A DNA stretch of 64,000 nt from Candidatus Eiseniibacteriota bacterium. Its GTDB lineage: Bacteria; Eisenbacteria; RBG-16-71-46; JABDJR01. Both the position numbers and the translations under genes were made by a program. Of this stretch, positions 17,921 to 29,464 are shown piece by piece (positions within the stretch are counted from its first letter, which is position 1; every line of letters starts with the position of its first letter). Location: NCBI GenBank assembly GCA_963783375.1, contig CAWANH010000001.1, positions 96,001 to 160,000 of the forward strand. Direction: 5' to 3'. The notes under the pieces were generated by a model. That model did not search any database, had not been told where the DNA came from, and saw only the letters and a program-made list of their open reading frames with translations.

Positions 17921-20900
17921 ATGACCGACATGGACAAGTCGACCGAGAAGCTCCTGGCCGCGCTCCACGAACGGGCCAAGGAGCTCAACTGCCTGTATCG
18001 GGTGGACGAGATCCTGAGCTGGCAGGACGTCCCCGAGGACACCGTCTACCGGGCCCTGGTGGACGCGCTGCCCCCGGGATGGCAGTACCCCGAGGTCTGC
18101 CAGGCCCGCATCACCATCGGATCCGAGGTCTACCAGAGCGAGGGCTACCGGGAATCCCCCTGGACCATGCGGACCGAGATCGAGGTTCAGAGCGAGGTGG
18201 TGGGTGAGATCACGGTCTCGTACACCGAGGATAAGCCCCCCTCCCACGAGGGACCCTTCCTCAAGGAGGAGTTCCGGCTCATCGACGCCATCAGCGAGCG
18301 GATCGCGCTCTTTCTCATCCAGAAGCGCGTCCGCACCCATCACGAGAGCTGGCAAACCGCGGTGGAAGAACTCTCGTCCACCGAGCGCAAGCCGTGGGCG
18401 GTGCTGCTCGACTTCCTCCAGCAGACCGACCCGAGCCTCCTCCAGCGCATCACCCGGAAGATGATCAATCACCTGTGCTGGAACGGGGTGACCGAGGCCA
18501 ACGCCCTTCTCCAGGAAGGGCCGCCGGACGAGACGCAGCCTTCCTCCGAGGAGAAGGACGAGAACTGGCCCCAGCAGAAGCGCCGGCCCACCGACTCCAA
18601 GGATCTCACCCGTCGCACTTTCGAGATCGCCCTCCGACACCTCCGCGAAGAGGACGTGGTCCGGAGCATCCAGGCCTGGATCAACGAAGAGAACTCGACG
18701 TTCCTCATCAAGTCGCTGGAGAACCCGGGGACCGGTCTGGCCGAGCTGGCGGAGGCGGTCCGTCGTTTCCAGAACGCGGGCATCGAGGAGTCCGAGCTCG
18801 CCCCCGCGGTGGCCATGAGCCTCCGGGTGGCCCTCCTCCGGCGGTTCTTCGTGGACCAGCTCGAGTTCATCAACGTGGCCAAGGTCTACGTGGAGGTGAA
18901 GGACTTCTACGATCTGGTCCAGCGCATCATCTACCCGTCCCGGAGCCAGGGGAAGCTGGGCGGGAAAGGGGCGGGGCTCTTCCTGGCGGTCCAGGTCATC
19001 CGCAAATCGGACGAGTTCGCCGACGTTCTCAAGAACTTCAAGGTTCCCAAGACCTGGTACGTGGCCTCGGACGGGATCCTCGACTTCATCCAGCACAACA
19101 ACCTGAACGAGGTCTACAACCGCAAGTACATGGAGATCGAGCGGGTTCGCCAGGACTATCCGCACATCATCCAGCTGTTCAAGAACTCGGAGTTCACCTC
19201 CGAGCTCGTCAAGGGGTTGGCCGCCGCGCTGGACGACTTCGAGGACCGGCCCCTCATCGTCCGCAGCTCCAGCATGCTGGAGGACCGGGTGGGATCGTCC
19301 TTCTCGGGAAAGTACAAGAGCCTCTTCCTCGCCAATCAGGGGACGAAGAAGGCGCGCCTGGAAGCACTCCTCGACGCCATCGCCGAGGTCTACGCATCGG
19401 TGTTCGGACCCGACCCCATCGAGTACCGGGCCCAGCGGGGACTCCTCGATTTCCGGGAAGAGATGGGAATCATGATCGAGGAGGTCGTGGGCACCCGCGT
19501 CGGCCGGTACTTCTTCCCGGCGTTCTCCGGAGTCGCCTTCTGCAACAACGAATTCCGGTGGTCTCCGCGAATCAAGATGGCGGACGGCCTGGTGCGGATG
19601 GTCCCCGGCCTGGGGACCCGGGCGGTGGATCGGCTGGGGGACGACTACCCGGTGCTGATCTCTCCGGGACAACCCGGATTGCGGATCAACGTGACCCCGG
19701 ACGAGATCCTCCGCTACTCCCCCAAGATGATGGACGTCATCAACCTGGAGAGCGATTCCTTCGAGACCGTGGACGTGAGGGAAGTGCTCCGGGAGTACGG
19801 GGACTCGTACCCGGGGGCGCGCCGGCTGGTCTCCATGGTCGAGGAGGATCGGATCCGGGAGCCGCAGGGCCTGGAGCCGGACTGGGAGAAGGACGATCTC
19901 GTGGTCACCTTCGAGACCCTCCTCTCCCGCACCCCGTTCATCGGTCAGATCCACTCCCTGTTGAAGCTGCTTCGGGAGAAGCTGGGAATGCCGGTGGACA
20001 TCGAGTTCGCCCACGACGGCCAGGACCTCTACCTGCTCCAGTGCCGCAGCCAGAGCGGTTCCGAGGAGCACGCCCCGGCTTCGATCCCCCGCGACCTGCC
20101 GCGGGACAAGATCCTGTTCTCGGCCCGGCGATACGTGAGCAACGGACGCATCTCGAACATCACCCACGTGGTGTACGTGAACCCGGAGACCTACGGGGAC
20201 ATCTCCGACCGGCAGAAGCTCCGGGACGTGGCCCGCGCGGTGGGGAAGCTCAACACCGTCCTTCCCAAGCGGCAGTTCATCCTCATGGGCCCGGGGCGTT
20301 GGGGCAGCCGGGGAGACGTCAAGCTCGGGGTCGGCGTGACCTACTCGGACATCAACAACACCGCGATCCTGATGGAGATCGCCCGCCGGAAGGGGAACTA
20401 CGTTCCCGAACTCTCCTTCGGGACGCACTTCTTCCAGGATCTGGTCGAATCGGACATCCGTTATCTCCCCCTCTACCCGGATGAGGAGGGCATCGACTTC
20501 AACGAGCTGTTCTTCACCCGGTCCCGCAACATCCTGCCCGAGATCCTGCCCCAGTTCGCGCACGTCGCCGATACGGTGCGGGTCATCGACGTGCCCAAGG
20601 AGACCGGCGGAAACGTGATCGAGGTGCTCATGAACTCCGACCTGGACGAGGCGATCGGGGTGCTGGGACGACCGGATCAGGCCGGCGAGGAACCGATGAT
20701 ATCCCACGACGCCTCCACCCCGTCGCCTCAGAATCACTGGCGCTGGCGGATGCGCATGGCCCGGAGAATCGCCCGGCACCTCGACCCCGAACGCTTCGGG
20801 GTCAAGGCCGTCTACATCTTCGGCAGCACGAAGAACGGGACCGCGGGCCCGAAGAGCGACATCGATCTCCTGATCCACGTGGAGGCGAGCGAGGCGCAGT

Positions 20901-21106
20901 CCGAGGCCCTCACCACCTGGCTGGACGGCTGGAGCCGGGCACTGGCCGAGATGAACTACCTGCGGACCGGCTATGCCACCCAGACCCTGCTCGACCCCCA
21001 CTTCGTGACCGACCGGGACATCGCGGACAAGACGAGCTATGCCGCGAAGATCGGGGCGGTGACCGACAGCGCCAAGGCCCTGCCCTTGGGACCGCAGGGG
21101 ACCTGA
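17921..21106 (+). CDS. GAF-like + PPDK_N/ATP-grasp + nucleotidyltransferase-domain protein
   Basis: N-term LHERAKELNCLY...PPGWQYPE...GPFLKEE; GGKGAGL, IVRSSSMLED, FSGKY, GLGTRAVD, DIEFA, LLQCR, GRWGS, SFGTHFF; C-term YIFGS...SDIDLLI (Pol-beta-type GS/DxD). Confidence 0.85.
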   Translation: MTDMDKSTEKLLAALHERAKELNCLYRVDEILSWQDVPEDTVYRALVDALPPGWQYPEVCQARITIGSEVYQSEGYRESPWTMRTEIEVQSEVVGEITVSYTEDKPPSHEGPFLKEEFRLIDAISERIALFLIQKRVRTHHESWQTAVEELSSTERKPWAVLLDFLQQTDPSLLQRITRKMINHLCWNGVTEANALLQEGPPDETQPSSEEKDENWPQQKRRPTDSKDLTRRTFEIALRHLREEDVVRSIQAWINEENSTFLIKSLENPGTGLAELAEAVRRFQNAGIEESELAPAVAMSLRVALLRRFFVDQLEFINVAKVYVEVKDFYDLVQRIIYPSRSQGKLGGKGAGLFLAVQVIRKSDEFADVLKNFKVPKTWYVASDGILDFIQHNNLNEVYNRKYMEIERVRQDYPHIIQLFKNSEFTSELVKGLAAALDDFEDRPLIVRSSSMLEDRVGSSFSGKYKSLFLANQGTKKARLEALLDAIAEVYASVFGPDPIEYRAQRGLLDFREEMGIMIEEVVGTRVGRYFFPAFSGVAFCNNEFRWSPRIKMADGLVRMVPGLGTRAVDRLGDDYPVLISPGQPGLRINVTPDEILRYSPKMMDVINLESDSFETVDVREVLREYGDSYPGARRLVSMVEEDRIREPQGLEPDWEKDDLVVTFETLLSRTPFIGQIHSLLKLLREKLGMPVDIEFAHDGQDLYLLQCRSQSGSEEHAPASIPRDLPRDKILFSARRYVSNGRISNITHVVYVNPETYGDISDRQKLRDVARAVGKLNTVLPKRQFILMGPGRWGSRGDVKLGVGVTYSDINNTAILMEIARRKGNYVPELSFGTHFFQDLVESDIRYLPLYPDEEGIDFNELFFTRSRNILPEILPQFAHVADTVRVIDVPKETGGNVIEVLMNSDLDEAIGVLGRPDQAGEEPMISHDASTPSPQNHWRWRMRMARRIARHLDPERFGVKAVYIFGSTKNGTAGPKSDIDLLIHVEASEAQSEALTTWLDGWSRALAEMNYLRTGYATQTLLDPHFVTDRDIADKTSYAAKIGAVTDSAKALPLGPQGT

Positions 21107-21140
21107 CCCGGCCCGAGCGCGAACCGGGGAGCCGGAGGGG

Positions 21141-22016
21141 CTAGATCAGGATCCGGGAAGCCGCCTCGAGATCCTCCAGGTCGAACCGGACCAGCGCGAG
21201 CTCGGGTCCGTCGTGGGCCGCTCCCATGATGGAGGTCCGGCCCAGCTTCTGCCGCCAAGCCCCGGTCAACCCCGCCGACTCGTGGATGTGACCGTGCAGG
21301 GTGAGAAGCGGCTGGCGCTCATCGATGAAGCGGCGTATGGCCAGACTTCCCACGTGGAGGTCGAGCGGGACGTGGTCCACCATCTTTCCGTCCAGGGCGG
21401 CGCGGTCGAGCGCGGTCTCGTGCGGCGGCGCGTGAAACAGGAATACGGCGTCCTCCAGGGATCGCCCGTCGACGAGCTTCCGCAGGTCCTCCTGGATCGT
21501 GGCGTACCGGACCTCGTTGGCGGGCACCGGAACGGTTCTCCGTCCTTCCTCCGGTGAGACGCATCCGGGAGGGATGTACCGGGAAACGTCGTACTTCTCC
21601 CAGTCCTTGAGCGCGAACGGAGTGGGCGGGACGTAGGCGTATCCGTACACGGTATGACGGCCCATCGGGAAGCGGCCGCCGTGGGCGCAGGTCCACAATC
21701 CCCCGCTCTCCCCCTCCAGGAACGACGGTTCCTCGATCCTCGCGTCGTCGTTCCCGGGGATGAGAAAGACCCGGGGATACCGGGATCCCATCCCTTCCCG
21801 CAACCGCCGGAATTCCGGGAGCAGGAAGTCGTGCAGAAAATCGGGGTATCGCGTCTCCGTGGCGAAACCGGCGCCCTGGCCGAAAGGGAGGAGATCCCCG
21901 CCGAGAAAGACCATCCCCGGCCGATCGGTCTCGATCGCCCGCGAGAGCTTCCGGAATCGGTCGACCCGGCCGTGGACGTCCGACACGAAGAGGCAAAGGC
22001 TGTTCCCGGATTCCAT
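21141..22016 (-). CDS. Metallophosphoesterase (calcineurin-like)
   Basis: SDVHG, GGD, PGNDD, FHAPP, LHGHIHE; GGAG RBS before ATG 22016. Confidence 0.88.
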   Translation of the reverse strand: MESGNSLCLFVSDVHGRVDRFRKLSRAIETDRPGMVFLGGDLLPFGQGAGFATETRYPDFLHDFLLPEFRRLREGMGSRYPRVFLIPGNDDARIEEPSFLEGESGGLWTCAHGGRFPMGRHTVYGYAYVPPTPFALKDWEKYDVSRYIPPGCVSPEEGRRTVPVPANEVRYATIQEDLRKLVDGRSLEDAVFLFHAPPHETALDRAALDGKMVDHVPLDLHVGSLAIRRFIDERQPLLTLHGHIHESAGLTGAWRQKLGRTSIMGAAHDGPELALVRFDLEDLEAASRILI

Positions 22017-22201
22017 TGGCGTCTCCACGTGCGATGTCTCCTGCCGGCTCGACCGGCGATCGCGCCGGTTTCCGGACGCCCCGATGCGCTCGCGTCGAGG
22101 GGCCGCATCATCCTACGCCATCACCCCTCCCGCGCGCCCTCGGCTGCCGGACGCGGCGACATCCCCCTCTTCATTCATGACAAGAACGGGCTGCTATCAC
22201 G

Positions 22202-22230
22202 TTGACACGCCCCACCGCGGGCGCTAGGGT
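22202..22230 (+). promoter_or_regulatory. Putative sigma70 promoter for gdhA
   Basis: TTGACA-17 bp-TAGGGT, about 210 bp upstream of the gdhA start. Confidence 0.55.
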
Positions 22231-22421
22231 TCGCTGGTTCGAAATCGTAGAGTAGTTCCACGAACCGGGCTCCGAGATCCGGAAACGGCGACGGGTGGTT
22301 GGGTACGGGAATCTCCGGACCGCGGTCCACCGGCGGAATCGGATACGAGCTGGGGCCGATTAGCTGGAACTCCGGCCGCCGCGGCCCGGGTGGGGTCCGG
22401 TGGGTACATCAAGGGGCTTAG

Positions 22422-23806
<1,385 letters not shown>

Positions 23807-23831
23807 TCGCCCGGATCTGAGCCTGTATCAT

Positions 23832-23866
23832 CGCGGAGTGCCCATCTGAACGATCGGCACTCCGCG
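23832..23866 (+). terminator. Stem-loop after gdhA (terminator or mRNA stabiliser)
   Basis: CGCGGAGTGCC-13 nt-GGCACTCCGCG, perfect 11-bp stem; weak U-tail. Confidence 0.55.
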
Positions 23867-23887
23867 TTCATATTCGGGGGAAACGAC

Positions 23888-26857
23888 ATGTCGACCGATT
23901 TTCGGGACCCGGAGCAGGTTCACAGCAAGCCCAGGCTGCGACGGTTCCAGGACCTGATGCGCCAACGGGTCCAGAACATCCTCCTGGTCTCGAGCCTCTA
24001 CGACTCATTCATCCTTGCCGAGGACGGACAGCTCAACGAGGCGCTCCTTCGCGAGTACATCGAGCTCAACCTGAGCCAGAACCCGGATCTCACCCGGGTT
24101 TCCACCGGGGCCGAGGCGGTGGCGCTGGCCCGCGCCAACCCGCGATTCGACCTGATCGTCACCACCCTGCGGGTGCAGGACATGAACGCGGTGGACCTCG
24201 CCCGGAACCTCCGGGAGGCCGGCCTCGACATACCCGTCGTGGTGCTGGCCTACAACAATCGCTCCCTCACCGATTTCGTGGCCCGCCACGACATCACCCC
24301 GCTGGAGAGGATCTTCCTCTGGCAGGGCGACGTCCGGGTGCTGCTGGCCATGGTCAAGTACGTGGAGGACCGGCGGAACGTCGCCCACGACTCGGGGAAG
24401 CTGGGGGTCCCGGTGGTCATCGTGGTGGAGGACAACATCCGCTTCTACTCGTCCTTTCTTCCCGTTATCTACTCCGAGCTGCTCAACCACACCCACAACC
24501 TGATCCGCGAGGGGCTGAGCCTGGCCCAGAAGATGATGCGCATCCGGGCGCGTCCCAAGGTCCTCCTCTGCACGACCTACGAGGAAGCCTGGCAGTACTT
24601 CTCCGCCTACGAGGATCAGGTGCTCGGGGTCATTTCCGACATCGAGTTCCCGCACGGCGGAAAGCTCGATCGACGCGCGGGGCTCGACCTGATCACCCGC
24701 ATCTCGGCGCTCCAGCCCGACGTGCCGATCGTCCTGCAATCGAGCATCCCAGGGAACGAGAACCTGGCCCGGTCCGCGGGCGCATCGTTCCTGCTCAAGG
24801 GCTCCCCGGTGCTGCTCCATGATCTGCGCCGGATCCTCAAGGATCATTTCGGATTCGGCGACTTCGTCTTTCGCACCCCGGACGGCCGGGAGATCGACCG
24901 CGCTCACGACCTGGGGTCGTTGATCGAGAAGCTCCGGACCGTGCCCGCGGAATGCCTCGCCTTCCACGGCGAGCGGAATCACATCTCGAACTGGCTCAAG
25001 GCGCGGACCGAGTTCGCGCTGGCCGAGGCCCTCCGCCCCCGCAAGGTCTCGGATTTTCCCGACCTCGAGTCCATGCGCCGGGAAGTGGTGCGGAGCATCA
25101 CCGAGTACCGGCAGGAGTGGGAACGGGTCATCGTGGCCGACTTCGACCGAAACCGGTACGACCCCCTCATCAGCATGGCCCGGATCGGAGGGGGCTCGCT
25201 GGGGGGAAAGGCGCGGGGGCTGGCGTTCGTCAACCGCCTGCTCAGCGAGTCCGACTGGGGCGAGCAATACCCCGGGGTCCGGGTGCTGGTCCCGTTCAGC
25301 GTGGTCCTGGGCACCGACATCTTCGACCAGTTCCTGGAACGGAACGACCTGCGTGACTTCGCCATCGAGGAGGCCTCGGACGAGGCGATCGAACGACGCT
25401 TCCTGGCCGCGTCGTTCCCCGAGGACACCGTGGAGGATCTGACCGCTTTCCTCCGCGGGGTCCGCTGTCCCCTGGCCGTCCGCTCCTCCGGCCTGCTGGA
25501 GGATTCCCCGAACCAGCCTTTCGCCGGCGTATATCGCACGCTCATGATCCCCAACAACGACGAGAGCGAAGAGCGCCGCATGAGTCAGCTGCTGGCGGCG
25601 GTGAAGCTCGTCTACGCCTCGACCTTCTGCGCCACGGCCAAATCGTTCCTGGAGATGACCCCATATCGCCTCGAGGAGGAGAAGATGGCGGTGATCATCC
25701 AGAAACTGGTCGGCTCCCCCCACGGGAACCGTTTCTATCCGGACTTCGCCGGGGTTGGACGCTCGTACAACTTCTACCCGACCGCTCCCCAGACCGCCGA
25801 GGACGGGGTGGTTGCGGTGGCCCTGGGCATGGGAAAGACGGTAGTGGACGGGGGTTCGAGCCTCCGATTCAGCCCCCGCTACCCCCGCCACCTGGTCACC
25901 CAGTCCAACGTGAAGGACGTGCTCAACAACTCCCAGCGCGAATTCTACGCGCTGGACCTGGACGCGCCCGCGGACGGGACCGCGAACCCGGGGTCCGAGC
26001 TGACCGCCTACGATTTGAGGGTGGCCGAGGAGGACGGGACGCTGGCCGCGCTGGCCTCCACCTACTCCCCCGAGAACGACGCGGTGTACGACGGGACCTC
26101 GCGTCCCGGATTCCGAGTGGTCAGCTTCGCGCCCATCCTCAAGCACGAGATCTTCCCCCTGGCCGAGCTCCTGGACGAGCTGCTCCGCCTGGGCGCCCGC
26201 GGGTGCAGCGCGCCGGTGGAGGTGGAGTTCGCGGTCAACCTCACCGTTCCCCCGGGGTCCCCGGTGGAATTCGGGTTCCTCCAGATGCGCCCCCTGGCCC
26301 TGTCCCGGGAACTGGAGGAGCTGGAAATCGGCCACGTGGACTCCTCGGACCTGATCTGCCGGAGCACCAAGGTGATGGGAAACGGCAAGGTCACCGATCT
26401 CAGGGACGTGGTGGTGGTGGACTACCACCGTTTCGAGCGCGCGCGGAGCGTCGAGGTGGCGGAAATCCTCGCCCGCGTCAACTCCCGGCTCCACGCCCAG
26501 GGCCTCCCCTACCTGCTCATCGGCGTGGGCCGCTGGGGCTCCGCCGACCCGTACCTGGGCATTCCGGTCTCCTGGAGCCAGATCGCCGGCGCGCGGATCA
26601 TCGTGGAGGCGGGTTTCAAGGACATTCGCGTCACCCCCTCCCAGGGAACCCACTTCTTCCAGAACATCACCAGCTGCAACGTGGGGTACTTCACCGTGAA
26701 CCCCGAGGCCGGTGACGGAATCCTGGACTGGGACTGGTTGAACGAGCAGCCCGCGCTGGACGAGGAGGACTGCGTCCGCCACGTCCGGCTCCAACGGCCG
26801 CTGGTGGTGAAGATGAGCGGGAAGAAAGGAGAGGGGGTCATCCTGAAGCCGGTGTAG
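23888..26857 (+). CDS. Receiver-domain + PPDK_N/ATP-grasp protein lacking the pyruvate-binding barrel
   Basis: Degenerate REC (ILLVSS...FDLIVTT) and second REC (IVVED...VISDIEFP); GGKARGL, AVRSSGLLED, FAGVY, MAVIIQ, EVEFA, LQMRP, GRWGSADPYLG, SQGTHFF. Confidence 0.87.
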   Translation: MSTDFRDPEQVHSKPRLRRFQDLMRQRVQNILLVSSLYDSFILAEDGQLNEALLREYIELNLSQNPDLTRVSTGAEAVALARANPRFDLIVTTLRVQDMNAVDLARNLREAGLDIPVVVLAYNNRSLTDFVARHDITPLERIFLWQGDVRVLLAMVKYVEDRRNVAHDSGKLGVPVVIVVEDNIRFYSSFLPVIYSELLNHTHNLIREGLSLAQKMMRIRARPKVLLCTTYEEAWQYFSAYEDQVLGVISDIEFPHGGKLDRRAGLDLITRISALQPDVPIVLQSSIPGNENLARSAGASFLLKGSPVLLHDLRRILKDHFGFGDFVFRTPDGREIDRAHDLGSLIEKLRTVPAECLAFHGERNHISNWLKARTEFALAEALRPRKVSDFPDLESMRREVVRSITEYRQEWERVIVADFDRNRYDPLISMARIGGGSLGGKARGLAFVNRLLSESDWGEQYPGVRVLVPFSVVLGTDIFDQFLERNDLRDFAIEEASDEAIERRFLAASFPEDTVEDLTAFLRGVRCPLAVRSSGLLEDSPNQPFAGVYRTLMIPNNDESEERRMSQLLAAVKLVYASTFCATAKSFLEMTPYRLEEEKMAVIIQKLVGSPHGNRFYPDFAGVGRSYNFYPTAPQTAEDGVVAVALGMGKTVVDGGSSLRFSPRYPRHLVTQSNVKDVLNNSQREFYALDLDAPADGTANPGSELTAYDLRVAEEDGTLAALASTYSPENDAVYDGTSRPGFRVVSFAPILKHEIFPLAELLDELLRLGARGCSAPVEVEFAVNLTVPPGSPVEFGFLQMRPLALSRELEELEIGHVDSSDLICRSTKVMGNGKVTDLRDVVVVDYHRFERARSVEVAEILARVNSRLHAQGLPYLLIGVGRWGSADPYLGIPVSWSQIAGARIIVEAGFKDIRVTPSQGTHFFQNITSCNVGYFTVNPEAGDGILDWDWLNEQPALDEEDCVRHVRLQRPLVVKMSGKKGEGVILKPV

Positions 26858-27054
26858 TTCCCGGGCGCCGGCGCTCCGACCCGCGAGGGGCCCGCCCCGG
26901 GTCGCGCGCGGCGGCCTCCTGCCTCTAACCCGATACGCTCTGTCATCTTTGGCCGGGGAATGCTATTCTGGATCCTTGTCAGTAACAGTTTATTCCCCTT
27001 GAAGTTAGGGTCGGATCGCCCGCGCCGCGCCCCGTCCGGCCGCACCGAGGTTCC

Positions 27055-28661
27055 ATGGACGTCCTGGAGACCCACGTCAACACCGCCGATCCCGGCTACC
27101 GGGAGAACCGCGCCCGCATGGAGGCCCTGGTGGCCGAGCTCGGCGAGAACGTGGCCGCCGCCCGCCGGGGCGGCTCGGAGAAGGCCCACCGCCGGCACTC
27201 CGAGCAGGGAAAGCTCTTCGTGCGGGAGCGCCTGAAGCGCCTCCTCGACCCCGAGACCCCGTTCCTCGAGCTCTCCCCCCTCGCCGCCCACGGGCTCTAC
27301 GACGGGGGGGCGCCCGCCGCCGGCCTGGTCACCGGGATCGGCCGGGTGAGCGGACGCGAGGTCATGATCGTGGCCAACGACGCCACCGTCAAAGGCGGGA
27401 CCTACTTCCCGCTCACGGTGAAGAAGCACCTCCGGGCCCAGGAGATCGCCATGGAGAACCGGCTTCCCTGCGTCTACCTCGTGGACTCGGGGGGGGCCTT
27501 TCTCCCCCTCCAGGACGAGGTGTTCCCCGATCGCGACCACTTCGGGCGCATCTTCTACAATCAGGCCCGCATGTCGGCGGCGGGGATCCCCCAGATCGCT
27601 TCGGTCATGGGGTCCTGCACCGCGGGCGGGGCCTACGTCCCCGCCATGAGCGACGAGGTGGTGATCGTCAAGGGCACGGGAACCATCTTTCTGGGCGGGC
27701 CGCCCCTGGTGAAGGCGGCCACCGGGGAGGAGGTCACCGCCGAGGAACTGGGAGGGGCCGACGTCCACGCACGGAAGAGCGGGGTGGCCGATCACTACGC
27801 GGTGGACGACGATCACGCGCTGCACCTGGTGCGCACCATCGTGGCCGATCTCAACCTGAAGCCCCGGGAGCCCGAGGACCGTCTCCCCCCCGAGGATCCC
27901 CTCTACGATCCCCGGGAGATCTACGGCATCATGCCCGCCGACTTCCGCAAACCCTTCGACGTGCGGGAGGTGGTGGCCCGGATGGTCGACGGGAGCCGGT
28001 TCCACGAGTTCAAGGAGCGCTACGGCGGCACCCTGGTCACCGGCTTCGCCCGTATCCACGGATACCTGGTGGGCATCCTGGCCAACAACGGGGTCCTCTT
28101 CTCGGAGAGCGCGCTCAAGGCGGCGCACTTCATCACCATGGCCGACAAGCGGCGCATCCCCCTGGTTTTCCTCCAGAACATCACCGGGTTCATGGTGGGG
28201 AAGGCCTACGAGGAGGGGGGCATCGCCAAGGACGGGGCCAAGATGGTGCACGCGGTGGCCAACGCCACCGTTCCCCGCTTCACCGTGATCATCGGCGGCT
28301 CCTTCGGGGCCGGGAACTACGGGATGTGCGGGCGCGCCTACCAGCCCCGCCAGCTGACCATGTGGCCGGGGGCCCGGATCTCGGTCATGGGGGGGAGCAG
28401 GCGGCCATGGTGCTGGCCCAGGTGAAGGAAGAACAGCTTGCCCGTTCCGGCCGGACCTGGACCGCGGAGGAACGGGACGCGTTCATGGCCCCGACCCTCG
28501 AGAAGTACGAACGGGAGGGGAGCCCCTACTACTCCACCGCCCGGCTCTGGGACGACGGCGTCATCGATCCCGTTGAGACCCGGGGGCACCTGGCCCTGGG
28601 CATCGCCGCCTCCTACAACGGCCCCTGGGAAGAGCCCAGGATGGGCATCTTCCGGATGTGA
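27055..28661 (+). CDS. liuB: Methylcrotonyl-CoA carboxylase carboxyltransferase subunit; frameshift in G-run near 28390
   Basis: [57 protein letters not shown]; C-terminus [11 protein letters not shown]...GIFRM in the adjacent frame. Confidence 0.88.
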
Positions 28662-28671
28662 GGAACCGATC

Positions 28672-29463
28672 ATGCCGGAGCGCGAACCGCTGAGGATCGA
28701 CCGCCGCGGCCCGGTGGCCCGGGTGGTCCTGAACCGGCCCGCCATCCACAACGCCTTCGACGACGTCCTCGTCCGCTCCCTGACCGCGGCCGCTCACGAC
28801 CTGGGGGCCGACCCCGGGGTCCGGGTGGTGGTCCTGGCCGGCGAGGGGAAGTCCTTCTGCGCGGGAGCCGACCTCAACTGGATGAAGCGGATGGTGGACT
28901 ACCGACCCGAAGAGAACCGTCGCGACTCCGAGGCCCTGGCCCGGATGTTCGAAGCGCTGGACGCCCTTCCCCGTCCGGTGGTGGGCCGCATCCATGGGGC
29001 GGCCATCGGCGGAGGGACCGGCCTGGTGGCGGTGTGCGACGTCGCGGTGGCTTCGTCGGAGGCGGTGTTCGGCTTCAGCGAGGTGCGGCTGGGGATCCTC
29101 CCCGCGGTGATCTCCCCGTTCGTGCTGGCCAAGATCGGCGCCGCCGCCGCCCGGGATCTCTTCCTGACCGGCGACCGTTTCGACGCGGCCCGCGCCCACG
29201 AGATCGGCCTCGTCCAGCGGGTAACCGATCCCGAGGCCCTCGATGCCGGCGTGGAGCGGATCGTGGCCTCGCTCCTCCACGGGGGACCGGAAGCCCAGGC
29301 CCGGATCAAGCGGCTCATCCCGGAGGTGGCGGGGCGCTCTCCCGCGAACGCCCGGGAGACGACCGCCGAAGCCATCGCCGAGGCCCGGGCCGGGGCCGAG
29401 GGCCAGGAGGGCATGCGCGCGTTTCTGGAACGCCGCCCCGCGCGCTGGCGGGAGGACGGCTGA
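28672..29463 (+). CDS. liuC: Enoyl-CoA hydratase (methylglutaconyl-CoA hydratase-like)
   Basis: LNRP..HNAF, FCAGADL, GAAIGGG, FSEVRLGILPA, EGQEGMRAFLERR; operon context. Confidence 0.85.
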   Translation: MPEREPLRIDRRGPVARVVLNRPAIHNAFDDVLVRSLTAAAHDLGADPGVRVVVLAGEGKSFCAGADLNWMKRMVDYRPEENRRDSEALARMFEALDALPRPVVGRIHGAAIGGGTGLVAVCDVAVASSEAVFGFSEVRLGILPAVISPFVLAKIGAAAARDLFLTGDRFDAARAHEIGLVQRVTDPEALDAGVERIVASLLHGGPEAQARIKRLIPEVAGRSPANARETTAEAIAEARAGAEGQEGMRAFLERRPARWREDG

Positions 29464-29464
29464 G

